From assembly GCA_000934665.2 (NCBI GenBank), contig KZ537990.1:1-64000 (forward strand): a stretch of 64,000 bases of DNA. Reading direction: 5' to 3'. The translations under genes were made by a program, and so were the position numbers. The notes under the pieces are model-generated. The model did not search any database. It was not told where the DNA came from and saw nothing but the letters and a program-made list of their open reading frames with translations. Positions 37,662 to 50,200 of this stretch are shown here, in pieces (position 1 is the first letter of the stretch; every line of letters starts with the position of its first letter). The stretch is from Catajapyx aquilonaris. Taxonomy: Eukaryota.

Positions 37662-39387
37662 GCCTCACAACCTTTTATTCCAGGTATAAAAAGGGGATCA
37701 CACTAAACAGACCCGGATCAAAGAGACCATCCTTTCCAACGCAACGAGGACAAAAAAAGGGATTGCATATATTCATAAAAAGCAGACAAAGCAACCCGAA
37801 ACATTCTCAAAGCAAATAATGACTCTTCAGTGAATAATCAGCACAATATAGTGAAAAATATAAATTAATTGTGGTTGTATTCAATAATTTTTATGGACAT
37901 GATCATAATTTTGGGTAACGCTTTATCGAGCCAGTTAAATTAGTTTTATTTATAATCTCCCCACCTGAAGCTGTAACACAACAATGCCTTAATTTGCAAT
38001 GCATGACCGAATTTTATTGCAGCGTACTTCATGGTCATTGACCTGCACTTGAATGTTTTATGCATGATGATGGGAGGCTTCAAGCCTTCCCCGGACACAT
38101 GTTTCGCAACTATAAAAAATGTTCCGCTGTTTCCTTGCGTGGTTAATGACACAAATAAAAGGTATTATTGCCGGTACTAAAAAGGAGTATACGTTTATTC
38201 AGATGCACAGACGTCTCCGTGGATGTTGAGGTAGATTGTGAAACTTTTAGTGAGAGAAGCATCAGGTTACGTTGTCCTGCTCTTTTTAGGTACAGTAATT
38301 TTATGCGAAAAATGTCGAAAAGCTGTGGTGCCCTGAATTGTTCAAAAGAGTTGCTGCAATGACAAATTTATGTCGACCATGATAATAAAATACACAGCTC
38401 GTGCATAAAATTGTCCCTGGGAGAGTCTGCAATATTTATACACACACGCGCCCTATGTCAAATTGTTGGAAACAATCGTTATTTCATGTCATCTGTGTGT
38501 CTATCAGGATGTTTTATTATGGGGCAGCACAATCTGGCAATTATAAACACAGCTGTGGGACATGATTTATAATTTCAAAACGGGGCAGAAAACACGACCT
38601 GCACCGGTAGGAACAACTGATGCGTAATTGAGTAGGGAGTGTGAAATATTCATAATTTATACCAGGGAAATTATTGCAGTTTCAAATGGTGCGAGAGTTC
38701 ACATCGTTTGAACTTTTCCGATCATATTTAGTGAACTAAATTTAGTTTTTTTTACAGTGCCATGTACATATAGTGTTCGCACCTGCATTGAAGCAGTCAA
38801 GTTGAAGTACTTTCCATGGATTTTTTTTTTTTGAAGGGAAGCCCAAAGTAAGGGATATGCAAAAACATACGCATTTCCGTGCCATATATGAGAATATTAA
38901 GGGAACTACATAACTGCATAAATGGTATATAGGACCCCGAGTGGAATATTACGCTTGGAAAATTCCAGGAGACAACCCCCATCCAGCCATAAACGTTGTC
39001 TGGTGATGTGAAATTTTACGACTGTTTCCTGTCGTCAAAGGTAGCAGTTGGGTTGTTAGGCCCTCCGAATTTCCCATGTGCCTCATTGTGAAGCATGATA
39101 AATCAGTCGCTAGTTTTGGGGCGAACAAGTCAAATGAGGCAGCCATCATGCGATGAACGTTTCCGCGTCTCATTGTGAAGTCTGGTCTTCAACTGACAGC
39201 ATATGTCCCCTCACTGCAAGGCAACAGAATGCAACAAACTTGTGAAAAATATGAATTTTTCTACCAAGTTGGAGCTCATTATACGGAATATGCGTGTATG
39301 CTACATTCTCATTTTTTTTCTGGCGGATTCAAGTACAGGCAGGGGCATGTCTAAAAAGTAAGCAGGGCTGGGGAAATTCCCGCTGGC

Positions 39388-39516
39388 ACTTTATAGGCGG
39401 GCGTTAGGACCGCTTTCCCTAGCAATATTAGCCCTAACTCAGCAGACTCCCGTAGGACCATTGCCATATGCCTTCCTTGCCACGGACACTAATTGGAACA
39501 TTTTGCATCCCATTCC
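39388..39516 (+). promoter_or_regulatory. Recurrent non-coding module B, copy collinear with 9776-9904
   Basis: See module B copy 1; offset ~29.6 kb. Confidence 0.8.
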
Positions 39517-39818
39517 GCACTTTCTATGCTGCATAAAGGCCTTTCATAAAAGCCTTCGCATCAAAGAGTAATTTTATGCGGTTCCTATACTCCAGTTTAA
39601 AAAAAGTGGAAAAGTCTATATAATATTTTTTCCGCATGTAATTAGCATGAAGTGTACTTACCTCGTCACAAAATTGCATCAAGTTTTAAACGGGAAACGT
39701 TTGATCGTCAACAGGTCATGGCTCAAGTGGACTAGGAAAGCAAAATAAGGCAAGTCGAGTGCCAATCACACAAAACTTGGGGAGCTGGAGGAAGAAAAAA
39801 AAAAACGGAGGACCACTT

Positions 39819-39933
39819 TCCACATGGCGGATGCAATAAAGTCCGGCTCGTTTTACGATCCACTCGGTGAAAGATTCGCGAATTATCGTCCCAGAGGGTT
39901 GTAATTCTTTTCGACAGGGGGTATCTCGTAAAT
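39819..39933 (+). promoter_or_regulatory. Recurrent non-coding module A, copy 3
   Basis: 73/80 ungapped identity with 10892-10971; offset ~28.9 kb. Confidence 0.8.
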
Positions 39934-42769
39934 TCCCTCACTTGCCAACTCTCCTAGACTATATCGCAGAGAATCGGTCTCAGCCCCACGGTGTCTTAGT
40001 ACGTCTTCATTTTGATCAGTCGCTTAAAAGACACAGATGCTGTAACTCCAAAAAATTGGGTATTAAATCAAAATGTTTTGTGGACCATAAAAAATCATGC
40101 TCAAAAAATTTTATTAGAAATTCTGATATATATCAACCCATCTATTTTTACACTTATGGAGGGATATAAAGTTCGTACATCACAGGCAATTGATGTAGAC
40201 GTCCCCAGCAGGAAGCCCACATGAGTGATTTTAAGTCGCATGAACTTGACAGCCACTTTTCTCAGAGCCATTGGCCAATTTTTACCACCACCAATTAACT
40301 AGTTGAACCCTAAGGAAAAGTAAGATCCGCAAAAAAAAATAAGGCAGCGGATATAAGACCCGTTATCCCATCAGCAGAATAGTCCCAAGAGGTAGTTGAA
40401 GCCTGGGATCAAAAGACAGGAAGACTGTAGAAGAAAACCTCTAGTTCACAATATTAAAGCACACAATATTCTCCGTACTTGTAGTACTAATATTGCGCAG
40501 TACTGCATACCGTGCAACTCATTGATTCTGTTTTGTAGAGACTTTGCTGATGGTCCAGACTTTTTTTTTTTTTTTTTTGCAAACAACTAATGCTGACATG
40601 ACGTTTCAATTCATCCGGCACGTTGATCTGTCTGCCGAAATGACAAGGCTTTTAGGGAGTTTTCATTGGGCCACTCTCACATCAAACATGGCTGGAGAGG
40701 CATTAATGACAGGCCGAATCTCCGTGAGCTTGTCAAAATTCGGCCCATGACAACAAGGGAGCCTCTGGATTTCATTATGGTCTGTTGAGAGGAGGCTTTA
40801 ACATGCACCGGATTATTTTGATTTCGAGAGGCTCTGAATAGTGCAGGTCACTCCAAATATTTTATATATATAAAAAAAGTTCTAGCATTTTCACACACTC
40901 GCATTATCCAAAGGTTTTGATGTCTACTTGATATACACATAATAGTACACATCGGATGCCGAGTAAAATTTGATTATCCGATTTGGGCACTGTAAATTCC
41001 ACGCATGGTTGACCAAACAACACCGCAAAATAATTTTGCGGTGGGTTGGCGGTTTCGGCTTGTAGTATTTGCAAAACTAAATCTAACAATTCCATTATTA
41101 GCCCAGCAGGCTCTCATTTTGCACTATGTTTAGGGGGCAAGTGCGGCTTAACTTTTTAAAAATTAATGAACCCACTCGTTAAATTCAGTACAGTGCTTTT
41201 TGGAGAGCTCCATACGCAAAGCTCTCTAAAAAAATAATTGTGGCCAAGAGGCACAGTAACTTGTAAAAATCCCTCTAACAACCAGAACATGACGATGTGT
41301 ATTTTACTAATATGCGGATTCATCCAAGTAGAGCAACAAAGAAGATTGTAAAAAAAACTGGATTTGAAACCTTAATTTCACATGTAATCAGCCTCCTTTT
41401 TGCTTTTAATTCATGCACAGCTTTTGTACATGTTCTCCCACAACCTAACAGACAGTACATGCCCCGCCAATTACTCATGCACCACGGTTGCAAACACCTG
41501 CCAGCACATCCTCAACTTAATGAGCACCGTTTTCCCAGAATATCCCCACACTCTGCTAGGCAAAGCAAACTATAACCAACTGTAATGCATGTTAGGTAAC
41601 TGAACCAAAAAAAAACGGAGGTGAAAGACACCATTACTCTCTCTCACTCACTCGAGATTCTTTTTGACAAATTTTCCATATAGGAGTACATGGTGGTACA
41701 TGTAAAATGTATATTTGATCCGAAGCTTAATCGACATTTTAATTATGGATGTTTTCTACTATAAAATTGACATTTTGATATATTTTTTTAAAGCCCTTTT
41801 GGCAGCATAGCCGGTGGGTTTATATGAGATGGGAACAGTTTGTGGAGTGAGGCAATCTCATGGGCTCACCTCGCAGCTTCCGATTAATTAAAATCGGCCA
41901 CCCAACCACACGTCCGGCGGAAAATTCCTTGGGGGGTTGAAAACGGTTGAAAACGACCCTCCCTGATATCCTACCCCCCATCTTGGTTAGGTGCAAAAAC
42001 CCTGCTCGATATCGGGAGGAGAGTTTTGGAATAGGTTTTGATTAGGGAGGCTTGAATCAATATGTACAGTTAAAGCACTGTAAATCTCATGGTTCCATCC
42101 GAATAATTGTAGTTAGGCATTACCGCAAATTGAACTATAGTTAAGGATGTAATTAAAGAAATGGCAAATATTATTGCTGTTGGATTTGATTCCATTCCTT
42201 AGTGATCAACCTTTCAAGAACCACTTGGGTCAAATGAATCCGACAACAAGTGCTGATAAACTCGCTCAATGATGACGAAGGTTAATTATATTAGTGGCTG
42301 AAAACATTGCATGTTTACCAAAGCTTTTCGTTTGGAATTGGGATTGGAGTAACTGCTAACTGAACTGGAGGATTGAAGAGCTTTCTTTATTCATTTTATC
42401 TAGTGGGCTACTCAGGTTAATTAGACAGTTCTGAAAAAATATTTATATCTTAGCAAACTTGCCCGGTAATTTGTTATAGAAAATGTATGTCTAATAACTA
42501 ATTTACACTGCACCATCATTTAAAAAAATATCGTGCAAGCATTTTTTTCACGAAACTTCCATGAAACATCCTTGTTACAGTTCAAACTACATTTTGTGAT
42601 AGTATAGTTTAATCGAAATTTTGTACGTGTATTATTTTATCGCCTAGTTTTACGATCCACTCCATGCCCACATTGCATTTTCTTTTCCGATAAAAACATT
42701 TCCATTTTTTACACTTAAAAAAAAGAGTTCCCCCCGTTCCACTGAGCAGTAGCAAGCAGGCAGAATTCA

Positions 42770-42939
42770 CCAGACAGGCAGCCTTCTGATTTGAATATAG
42801 AACCCATTTATAATCTCCCCCCCCCCCCCCCNCCCCCCCAACTTGGAATGTTTTGACTGCGAAATATCTTCATCGGGGGGGGGTTCCATCCGTTTCCCCC
42901 CTGGAGTCCATTGCAGAGGGCACTAACCCGAAAGAAAGG
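42770..42939 (+). promoter_or_regulatory. Recurrent non-coding module F, copy 2 (interrupted by a poly-C run containing an N)
   Basis: See module F copy 1; offset ~27.9 kb. Confidence 0.7.
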
Positions 42940-43750
42940 TGCAGAAAGCCAGGAAAAAGAATATCATATTCTCCTGCTGAGAACGATGACTTTCTATATA
43001 CCATTGTTACACAGCTAACAAAGCCCTATAGGGGATGTTAGGAAGCGAGTTTGACATCAAAAATCACATATTCAAGATTTTAACTCACATCTTGACAAGG
43101 TGTTGCAACTTTAAAATTTTTTAATTGGGCTAAATAAGCGACATATCAGCTGATATTTTGCACATTTAATAACCAACGTGTTTGCAGGAAGTGTTTAATG
43201 AACCAAATCTGACAATATTTGTTCCTGCCATGTTCATATATTTATAATCACAGCAGCGAATTATGCTAAGTTTTGAAAGTTCAACACGGCGAGTTTTGAA
43301 CATTTACATTGACTGACAAAAACAACATCGCTCATATTTGTGTAGTCAAAGCATATGGGATTTTTTTTAAATACCTGTACATGCTCGTCGTTGTGAGAAT
43401 CCGACCGCATGCTGTTGCTTATGCACACCAATTATTCATTCGCCATTAAAAATCACACAGATGGTCGAAAAACAATCTTTCCATCAACATCTGAGATATT
43501 ATGCCAGTGAAATGAATAATATTTTATTTTTAAAATTATATGGCATGGTTGAACCTACACAGTATAAAATTTAGGCAGAAGGACTACCTTAGGCAGTTAG
43601 CAAGAGAGACTCTTTACACAGCGATAAGGCCAACCCCCCCTTGAATTGTGGTGTCAGGTCCTCTCGCCAACTCTGAGAGATTATATCGGAAGTGGGGTCC
43701 AAGAGAAGTTGGGCGAAAGGCTGTCACCCTCAACCTCTTTACGGCTTCCT

Positions 43751-43815
43751 TTCGTTCATGATATGCTGCACTGTACATGGTAGACGGGTTTATGAGATCA
43801 TTATCATGGCTGAAT
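43751..43815 (+). ncRNA. Possible bantam-family pre-miRNA (tentative)
   Basis: 43793-43815 TGAGATCATTATCATGGCTGAAT matches Drosophila bantam (UGAGAUCAUUUUGAAAGCUGAUU) at 18/23, including the first 10 nt. It sits on the 3' arm of an imperfect hairpin with TTCGTTCATGATATGCTGCA. Confidence 0.3.
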
Positions 43816-46800
43816 ATATCAGGGATTGCACCCAGCAACCTGTTTAAAGGAGAAGCAACCTGTTCACCTTTTATACAAGCATAAATTGGATGGGGCAACA
43901 AATCATGGTGGACAGTAAATTTTTATCACGCGATAAAGTTTTAAACTGCTGCCGGGGCAGTATGGGAAGGCCTGATATCCACGACCACAACAAAATTGGA
44001 AATAACTGAAAGTGCGTGTATCTACAGATGGAAACTTTTTATGGCCATCCGATTAATCAATTGGCCCAACAACATGATGTTGATGACAATCACTGCGTTT
44101 TATCTGTCCCATTAACGAAGAAATATGAGGCTTTGAACAGTGTGATATATTTTTTGTATACTAAGGGGAGGAAATTTCCATATATGCATTGTTCTTCCTC
44201 TTTTTATACTTGGGGGTTTCAGGTTCACTAAGCTTTGAATTATGTTTGCCATTATTTTGCAAGTGACACGGTAAGACCTTGATAGGCCAACGCTGCACAC
44301 TTTTGTGGCGGAACTTCCCCATCGCTGTTTGTGGTCCATTATATTATTGCACAGCCCGACCTCAATTTTCAGTTAATTAACAGCTATGCAGTCTGTGCAT
44401 TTTCCCATGCCCTATTAGAGCACGGCAGATTTAGACCTTGCAGATTTTTTCTTTTTTTTGGGTTGGTTGAAGCAAGGGGCTTTACTAGTTCGGTCAGGAT
44501 TCTCGGATGATGTAATGCAGGCTGAAGGTTTGATGCATGCAGGAAGGCGTAAATGAAGGCTTGCTCATTCCGCATTTTCATCCCGATATTACCATTTTTT
44601 TGTTGCAAATTCTTCGGCAGAAAAATACCGTGCGAAATTTAAAATAGGACAGTATGCTGCTGTCCCTTTTCTGTTTTGCTTACAGGACAAAGAAATGCAA
44701 TGGTATAATAATTACCTGCTGTGTGCTGTATATAATTACGTTGTTAACAATGCATGTGAAATAATAAACAGAAAAGGGCTGAATTTCCTGAGGGTCTGCT
44801 TTAAAATAATATTATTCCAGCAAAGTTTTTTAAAAATGTGTTTTTAAAACTGTACGAGCCTGTCATTCCAACTTTTTTGAGTTCCTTCTGATGTTTTTCA
44901 TTTTCATCTAAATTTTTGGCATGGAGTTGGGATAGAAAAGCGAGTGACGGATGACTCTCGACTCTGGACTTGAGCCAAACGCATTGCACAGTATATGTGA
45001 GAGATTCAGTTGAACGAAAGGTGACGCTTACAGGCTCACAACAATGACCTCTGTTTACTAAAAACTTTTGAATGATGTTTAAAGCGACGTTAAATAGTCG
45101 TTGAATAGAAATCGATAAGGCTTCCATCTAGCCCACCCTCAAAAAAAAAAAAAAAATCGGATTAGAAAAATTGCATTGCAGCAAACTTTTTGTTCTAATT
45201 GAATTCGTTAGCCTGGGCTGTAGTTGGGCTAATCTGCAATTATTGTTAGTGGGCCTTGAAGCGTGAGCAAATCCAATAAATGATCGGATGGGGAGGGTGG
45301 AAGCTAGATCCGGGGGAACAGTAATAGCCTATAAAGAAGGGATGATCTCGTGGTGCTGTCGCCAGAAAAGGTCGACCTAATAAGATTAAATTGGCAAAGT
45401 TTGCAGGATGGCAATTTCGACCCAGTTCGCCAATTCTGTAGATGCTGTCTTTACTAATCCAATTACATTCTCGTCACCTACAAGGAATTTACATGGCATT
45501 CTTCTTATTGGAAAAAAATTGCTAATATGTCCTGTAATTTTAAAGCCAACAATTTCCTGTATTTACATTGTGCGGAAAATTATGCGCGATTCATAATGAA
45601 GATTAATAACTGCAATGTAAATATTTTATGAGCCGCCAACCGCATGAGACTGCTGACAGCATGTATCATACCAACGTTTTTTTGGCTATTATGGAAAGCA
45701 TGCGGTGTGATTTATAAAAAATAATTTTAAAACGTAATTATTGCAAAAGCATCTGTTCTATCCCACAGAAGCCATTGGAATTGTGCTCTGTGACCATAAC
45801 CACCAATCTCTCACCACTTTTACATACTGGGCTGGGAGTTTCAACTCAGTACAATATGAGTCCGAAGTTCAGGCTAGATTGGTCCAAAACTATTTTTAAA
45901 AAACAGTCATGACATGCTAGTTTGGAAGGGGAAAAAAACACTATTTTTCCAGCGGAATTTCCATTGCAACAGCACTGGGTTGTGTCAGCTCCCAATTTTT
46001 GTAACTAGGTATAGGACATGATTTCCATTAGGAGGAATGGCTCGTCATTTGGGTTGTTTTCGGCATCTGTGGCGCCCTCGTGCCTCTCCCCAGCTATGTA
46101 TAAACTCGAGCTGGATCCGGTTTGATTTTTATTCCGCACCAACGCGTTTGTCAATGGCTGCTTGGGGAATAAAAAAAATAGTTTTGTTCTGCTTCTCGGA
46201 CAGTTATCTCTTTTGGAGCGAGCAAAAAAAAAGAAATATGATTCGTCAAGCCATGGGTGGTTATTGGGGGATACGGAAATCATTTTCCACACTTCAAGTG
46301 CTGTTTCATGTCGGGGGTGTTCAGTGTAAGAGCCCACCCGCTGAACGTTACTTTTTCGAGCTCTAAAAGCATGTAGGTCATCGCACACAAAATGCTAAGC
46401 TGTGACCAGCAATAAGTCAATGAGATTTCAGGGGGGGGGGGGGGATCTAAAAAATATTTTTCATTCATCCACTGTTGCGATAAATCATTGCCATTAATTT
46501 CTCATATTATTATCACTCAATGCACATCGGTACAACTTTTTTGTTTCCTGCATCACGTAACAATGTAAACCGAAGTCATATGATACCTGCCGTAAATCCT
46601 AGTGATTCACGCTGTAATCAACTAGCTGGGGGGTCCCGGATCCCGCAAAGATTAATATTGATTCGGCTGCAACTGATTGATTTATTTGTAATAACAGTAT
46701 GATCCTGAAAAATGCTTCGGAATTAGCTTTCCACGTCGCTCTCGCCCCTCCGTTCAACAAAATCCCTGCAAGTTTAATTCACATCATGACAAAGTGCTCG

Positions 46801-47073
46801 AATCTCACCTGATTAGCAAGGAATTAGCTCCTGGAAAGCACAACAGATGAGCGTCTCTACACCTTCGGCTTACTATAGGAGAGACAAGTCTGAAAATGGA
46901 GCACCAATTGCAATTAATTACTAATCAACGTACCTTCAATATAGTTAAAGGAAAAGCGTTTATATTAAGACATGGAAACACATCAAATTCGTGATTTCGT
47001 GATTGAATTAGTGTGACACATTTTAGCGGTTTTCCCAAAACGCGTGCGTTGTCAGGACTCGGTCGAACCAAGG

Positions 47074-47142
47074 TATATATACATATCGGATGAAGCAAGC
47101 TGTTGCCTCAGTCGCGAGTGCGAATCGGCGGAGAACAGACGT
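47074..47142 (+). promoter_or_regulatory. Pol II core promoter: TATA-like + Inr + DPE
   Basis: TATATATA at 47074-47081, Inr TCAGTC with +1 A at 47110, and DPE AGACGT (RGWYVT) starting exactly at +28 (47137). Confidence 0.65.
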
Positions 47143-47250
47143 GTCTTCTGCCAAGTGCACATAACAGGTACGCAGACCACGTGACTTGGTTTGCACGTTG
47201 ATTTCAAGGAGAAGAAACTGGACGAGTCACATCTCTTTACTGTTAATCAA
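47110..47250 (+). other. Candidate non-coding first exon
   Basis: Starts at the Inr, contains no ATG, and ends at a consensus donor CAA|GTAAGT (47251). An alternative donor CAG|GTACGC is at 47168. Confidence 0.5.
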
Positions 47251-50200
47251 GTAAGTGGTGGTGGTGGTACTCAAATTGTTTGCAATATTATGTCACCAAA
47301 TATTCTGGATCCGAACTGGTGATGTCTTAGAATAAATTTTTTTTATAAAACCAGGCCTCTCATTGATTATTCCCGCGGGCTAAGTAAATTTTTTACGATC
47401 TCTGGGGACCAAGATGAGGTAGTAGAAAGTTTAGTGCTGTTGTTGAGATAAAAGCCCGGAGGCAGGAGCAGGCGTAATGCTCCTTCTGCGGGGAGACTCA
47501 TAAATAAAAGATGCTAAAAGTAAGAGTAAAGGTCTCTGCCCCTTTTTTTACTATAAGGTTACGACATGGTGTCAGACTTTGCAAAACTGAGCACTCGAAT
47601 TTTTCTATATAAAAAAACACACGTCTGTAAAAGTATGAGATATTATACTTAAATGACAATATGACAATGTGCCTTTAAAAAAATAATTTGTCGCACAATT
47701 CAACTAGTTCTGACTTGATTGATTGCGGTAGAAAATGTGGGAGCCTGGTCCTAAATTGTGATGGATAGACTCGTGTGGTGAGACAGCAGCCACAGAGAAA
47801 GTCATACCAGACTTGGCTGCTTCCTCGACGAAGAAATAATCACGTCTGAGGGCATTAGTTTTAATAAGAGGAAACTGAATGAGTATTTCGCACGTTGGAG
47901 GATTAACAGCCATAAATTTGCGGTAGTGTGAGAGCATATAGCTGACAGGGAAAACCTCAAAACGTTACTCAAAAGGTGAATTTCGGCTTATAATCTCGAA
48001 AATGCATTTTATTGCACAATTATTTGTGAATGCCAAAATATCATTTTTTTGTTAGTAGTTTATTATTGAAACCGTATACACCTGATTGTTTATTCAGTTA
48101 TCGATTGAATGTGGCAGACCATTTCCCTGCAAATTTTCCTTTCCCTAAAAAGCAATGGCGATCATGAGACAGAAAAGATGCCGCAGGGTCGGAAAACAGC
48201 ATCCATTTGGAGCCCGATCTTCCGGAGACCCGAGTCTGGCAACGAACGAAACACGTGTATATGATAGGAAAGCAATCGCGCTGTGAGTAGAACTTTGCTG
48301 TGCCTGCATGAATAAAATATTTTCGAGCCACCGACCGGGGGGAAATTTCTGGGGACTTCAAAGGGGTGCAAGCCTCCCAAATTCTACCTATTGATGGTTC
48401 TGTTTTTTTTTTTGTTGCTTTTAGCATTTCAAAATTAATGGCGGCGTAGGGTTATTCCAAAATGATATTTTTTGGGAGGGAAATCGAGAGAAAAAATTCA
48501 TTGCCTTGGGATCAACCCGCTTCAGGAATTACATTTTGATTTTCAAATTCTCTTTCATGTGCTGACTATGAGCATTACCAATGCTGTAAGTTAAGCACAA
48601 AAAAAATTGTGGTATAAAATATTACAATATTTTTCACCTGAAGCAGAATGGACATGAAGCACCGGGTTTTAAGTCAAACTATATAGATAGAGTGGGGCAT
48701 ATTTTCACGAGGTGTGAATTATCTGGGGGTGTGTGCAGATGTATCCGGGAGCTTCCAGCTATAAAAATCACTTTACGGCCTGTGGTTAAAAAAAACAACT
48801 AGGGAACCCAAATATTGAAAGTTTAATGGCGAGACAGAAGTTTATTGAACTGCGGGCGGGGTTAGCTCTGGGCTAATAAATGGGTCCATATAAAAAGTGA
48901 GTTGTGCATATGACGTCTTGCTATATGACCTAGATTTCAGAAGAGTTCAAAGTACTTAAGAAGAATCTGGCATGGGCATAAAATCCGCACTTTTTTTTCT
49001 GAGTAATAAAACGCCTTTTTGCTACTACCTCCTTAAAATCCCCAATAGTCCTCGACGGAACCCAATGTTATAAGAAAAAAAATCTCACAGTAATGCTGCA
49101 TAAAAGGCAGATTGCTAAAGTAAAAGAGGGAAAGTTCAACCCTCTGTTATCAGACGGTAGATAAAATCTTCTGATGATCCAGAGCAGAATATTAATTAAT
49201 GCAATGCATATACTCTGTCATACTTTCAACATTACACCACAACTTTACTCAATGTCCAACAATTCATCCTGGAACCTTATTCCCTAAATATTTTGAGTCG
49301 AAAATTGAAGCAGTTGGCACTATTTCTCTGGCACAAAAGAGAGCTGAAACAATGTTTTGAATCAGAGTTTTGATCGTCAGGAACGGATCGTTCTTGACGA
49401 GGAGAGATCAAGATCATGCATCGGTTTATTTGCATCTCGATTTCAGATTCCTCTCGAAGCATGAGAATGCAAATCTTTTTTTCTTTTTTTTTGTATCGAT
49501 TTTTTTTTTCTGGTGTCTCTCTCTCTTTCCATCCCTTTCATCTGGAATGTACTTTCTGTATCATTTGCAAACATGAAACGAGGCCGGAAAAGCCCCGACG
49601 GTATTTGGAGATGAAAGTATATAGCCCGGATCTCGTTTGTCGTTTCATTACAATGTCCAACCTCGGCTTTCCATATACACTGACGAGGCAACCCGCTACT
49701 GCGCATATCAAATATCCTCCACCATCATTTTCATCACATGCTTATCACTCACTTATATCGTACTATGTATAAAATATCGATCATTGCACATATGTGTTTC
49801 CACAAATTCAGATGTACTTTTGGTAGAATAGCCACCACAGAATAAAGGCTTAATTTCAAACATCCTTTCAATTATTTTTTTTTCAGATTAGTTCGACCGT
49901 TAGCTGTTTTCCAAGCTACTGAACCCCCTCTTTTTTGAAGTCATTCATTCCATCAGACCACATTCAAGTGTCCTTTGTTCCAACGCTTTGCAGTGGTTTC
50001 ACTGCTGAACTGCAGTCGATGGCACAATGTCACAGTGTCGATGACGAAAACTGTAACTTTGATTACTCTCATTAACTATTCATTAACTGTGAAACATGAG
50101 AATGTCGAAGCACGACTCCTATACAAAAACACTGCAGTTTTTTTAAAAAAAATCACAATTGAATAGCTCGAGAGAAAAACAATGTTAATTCAACTGGCGG

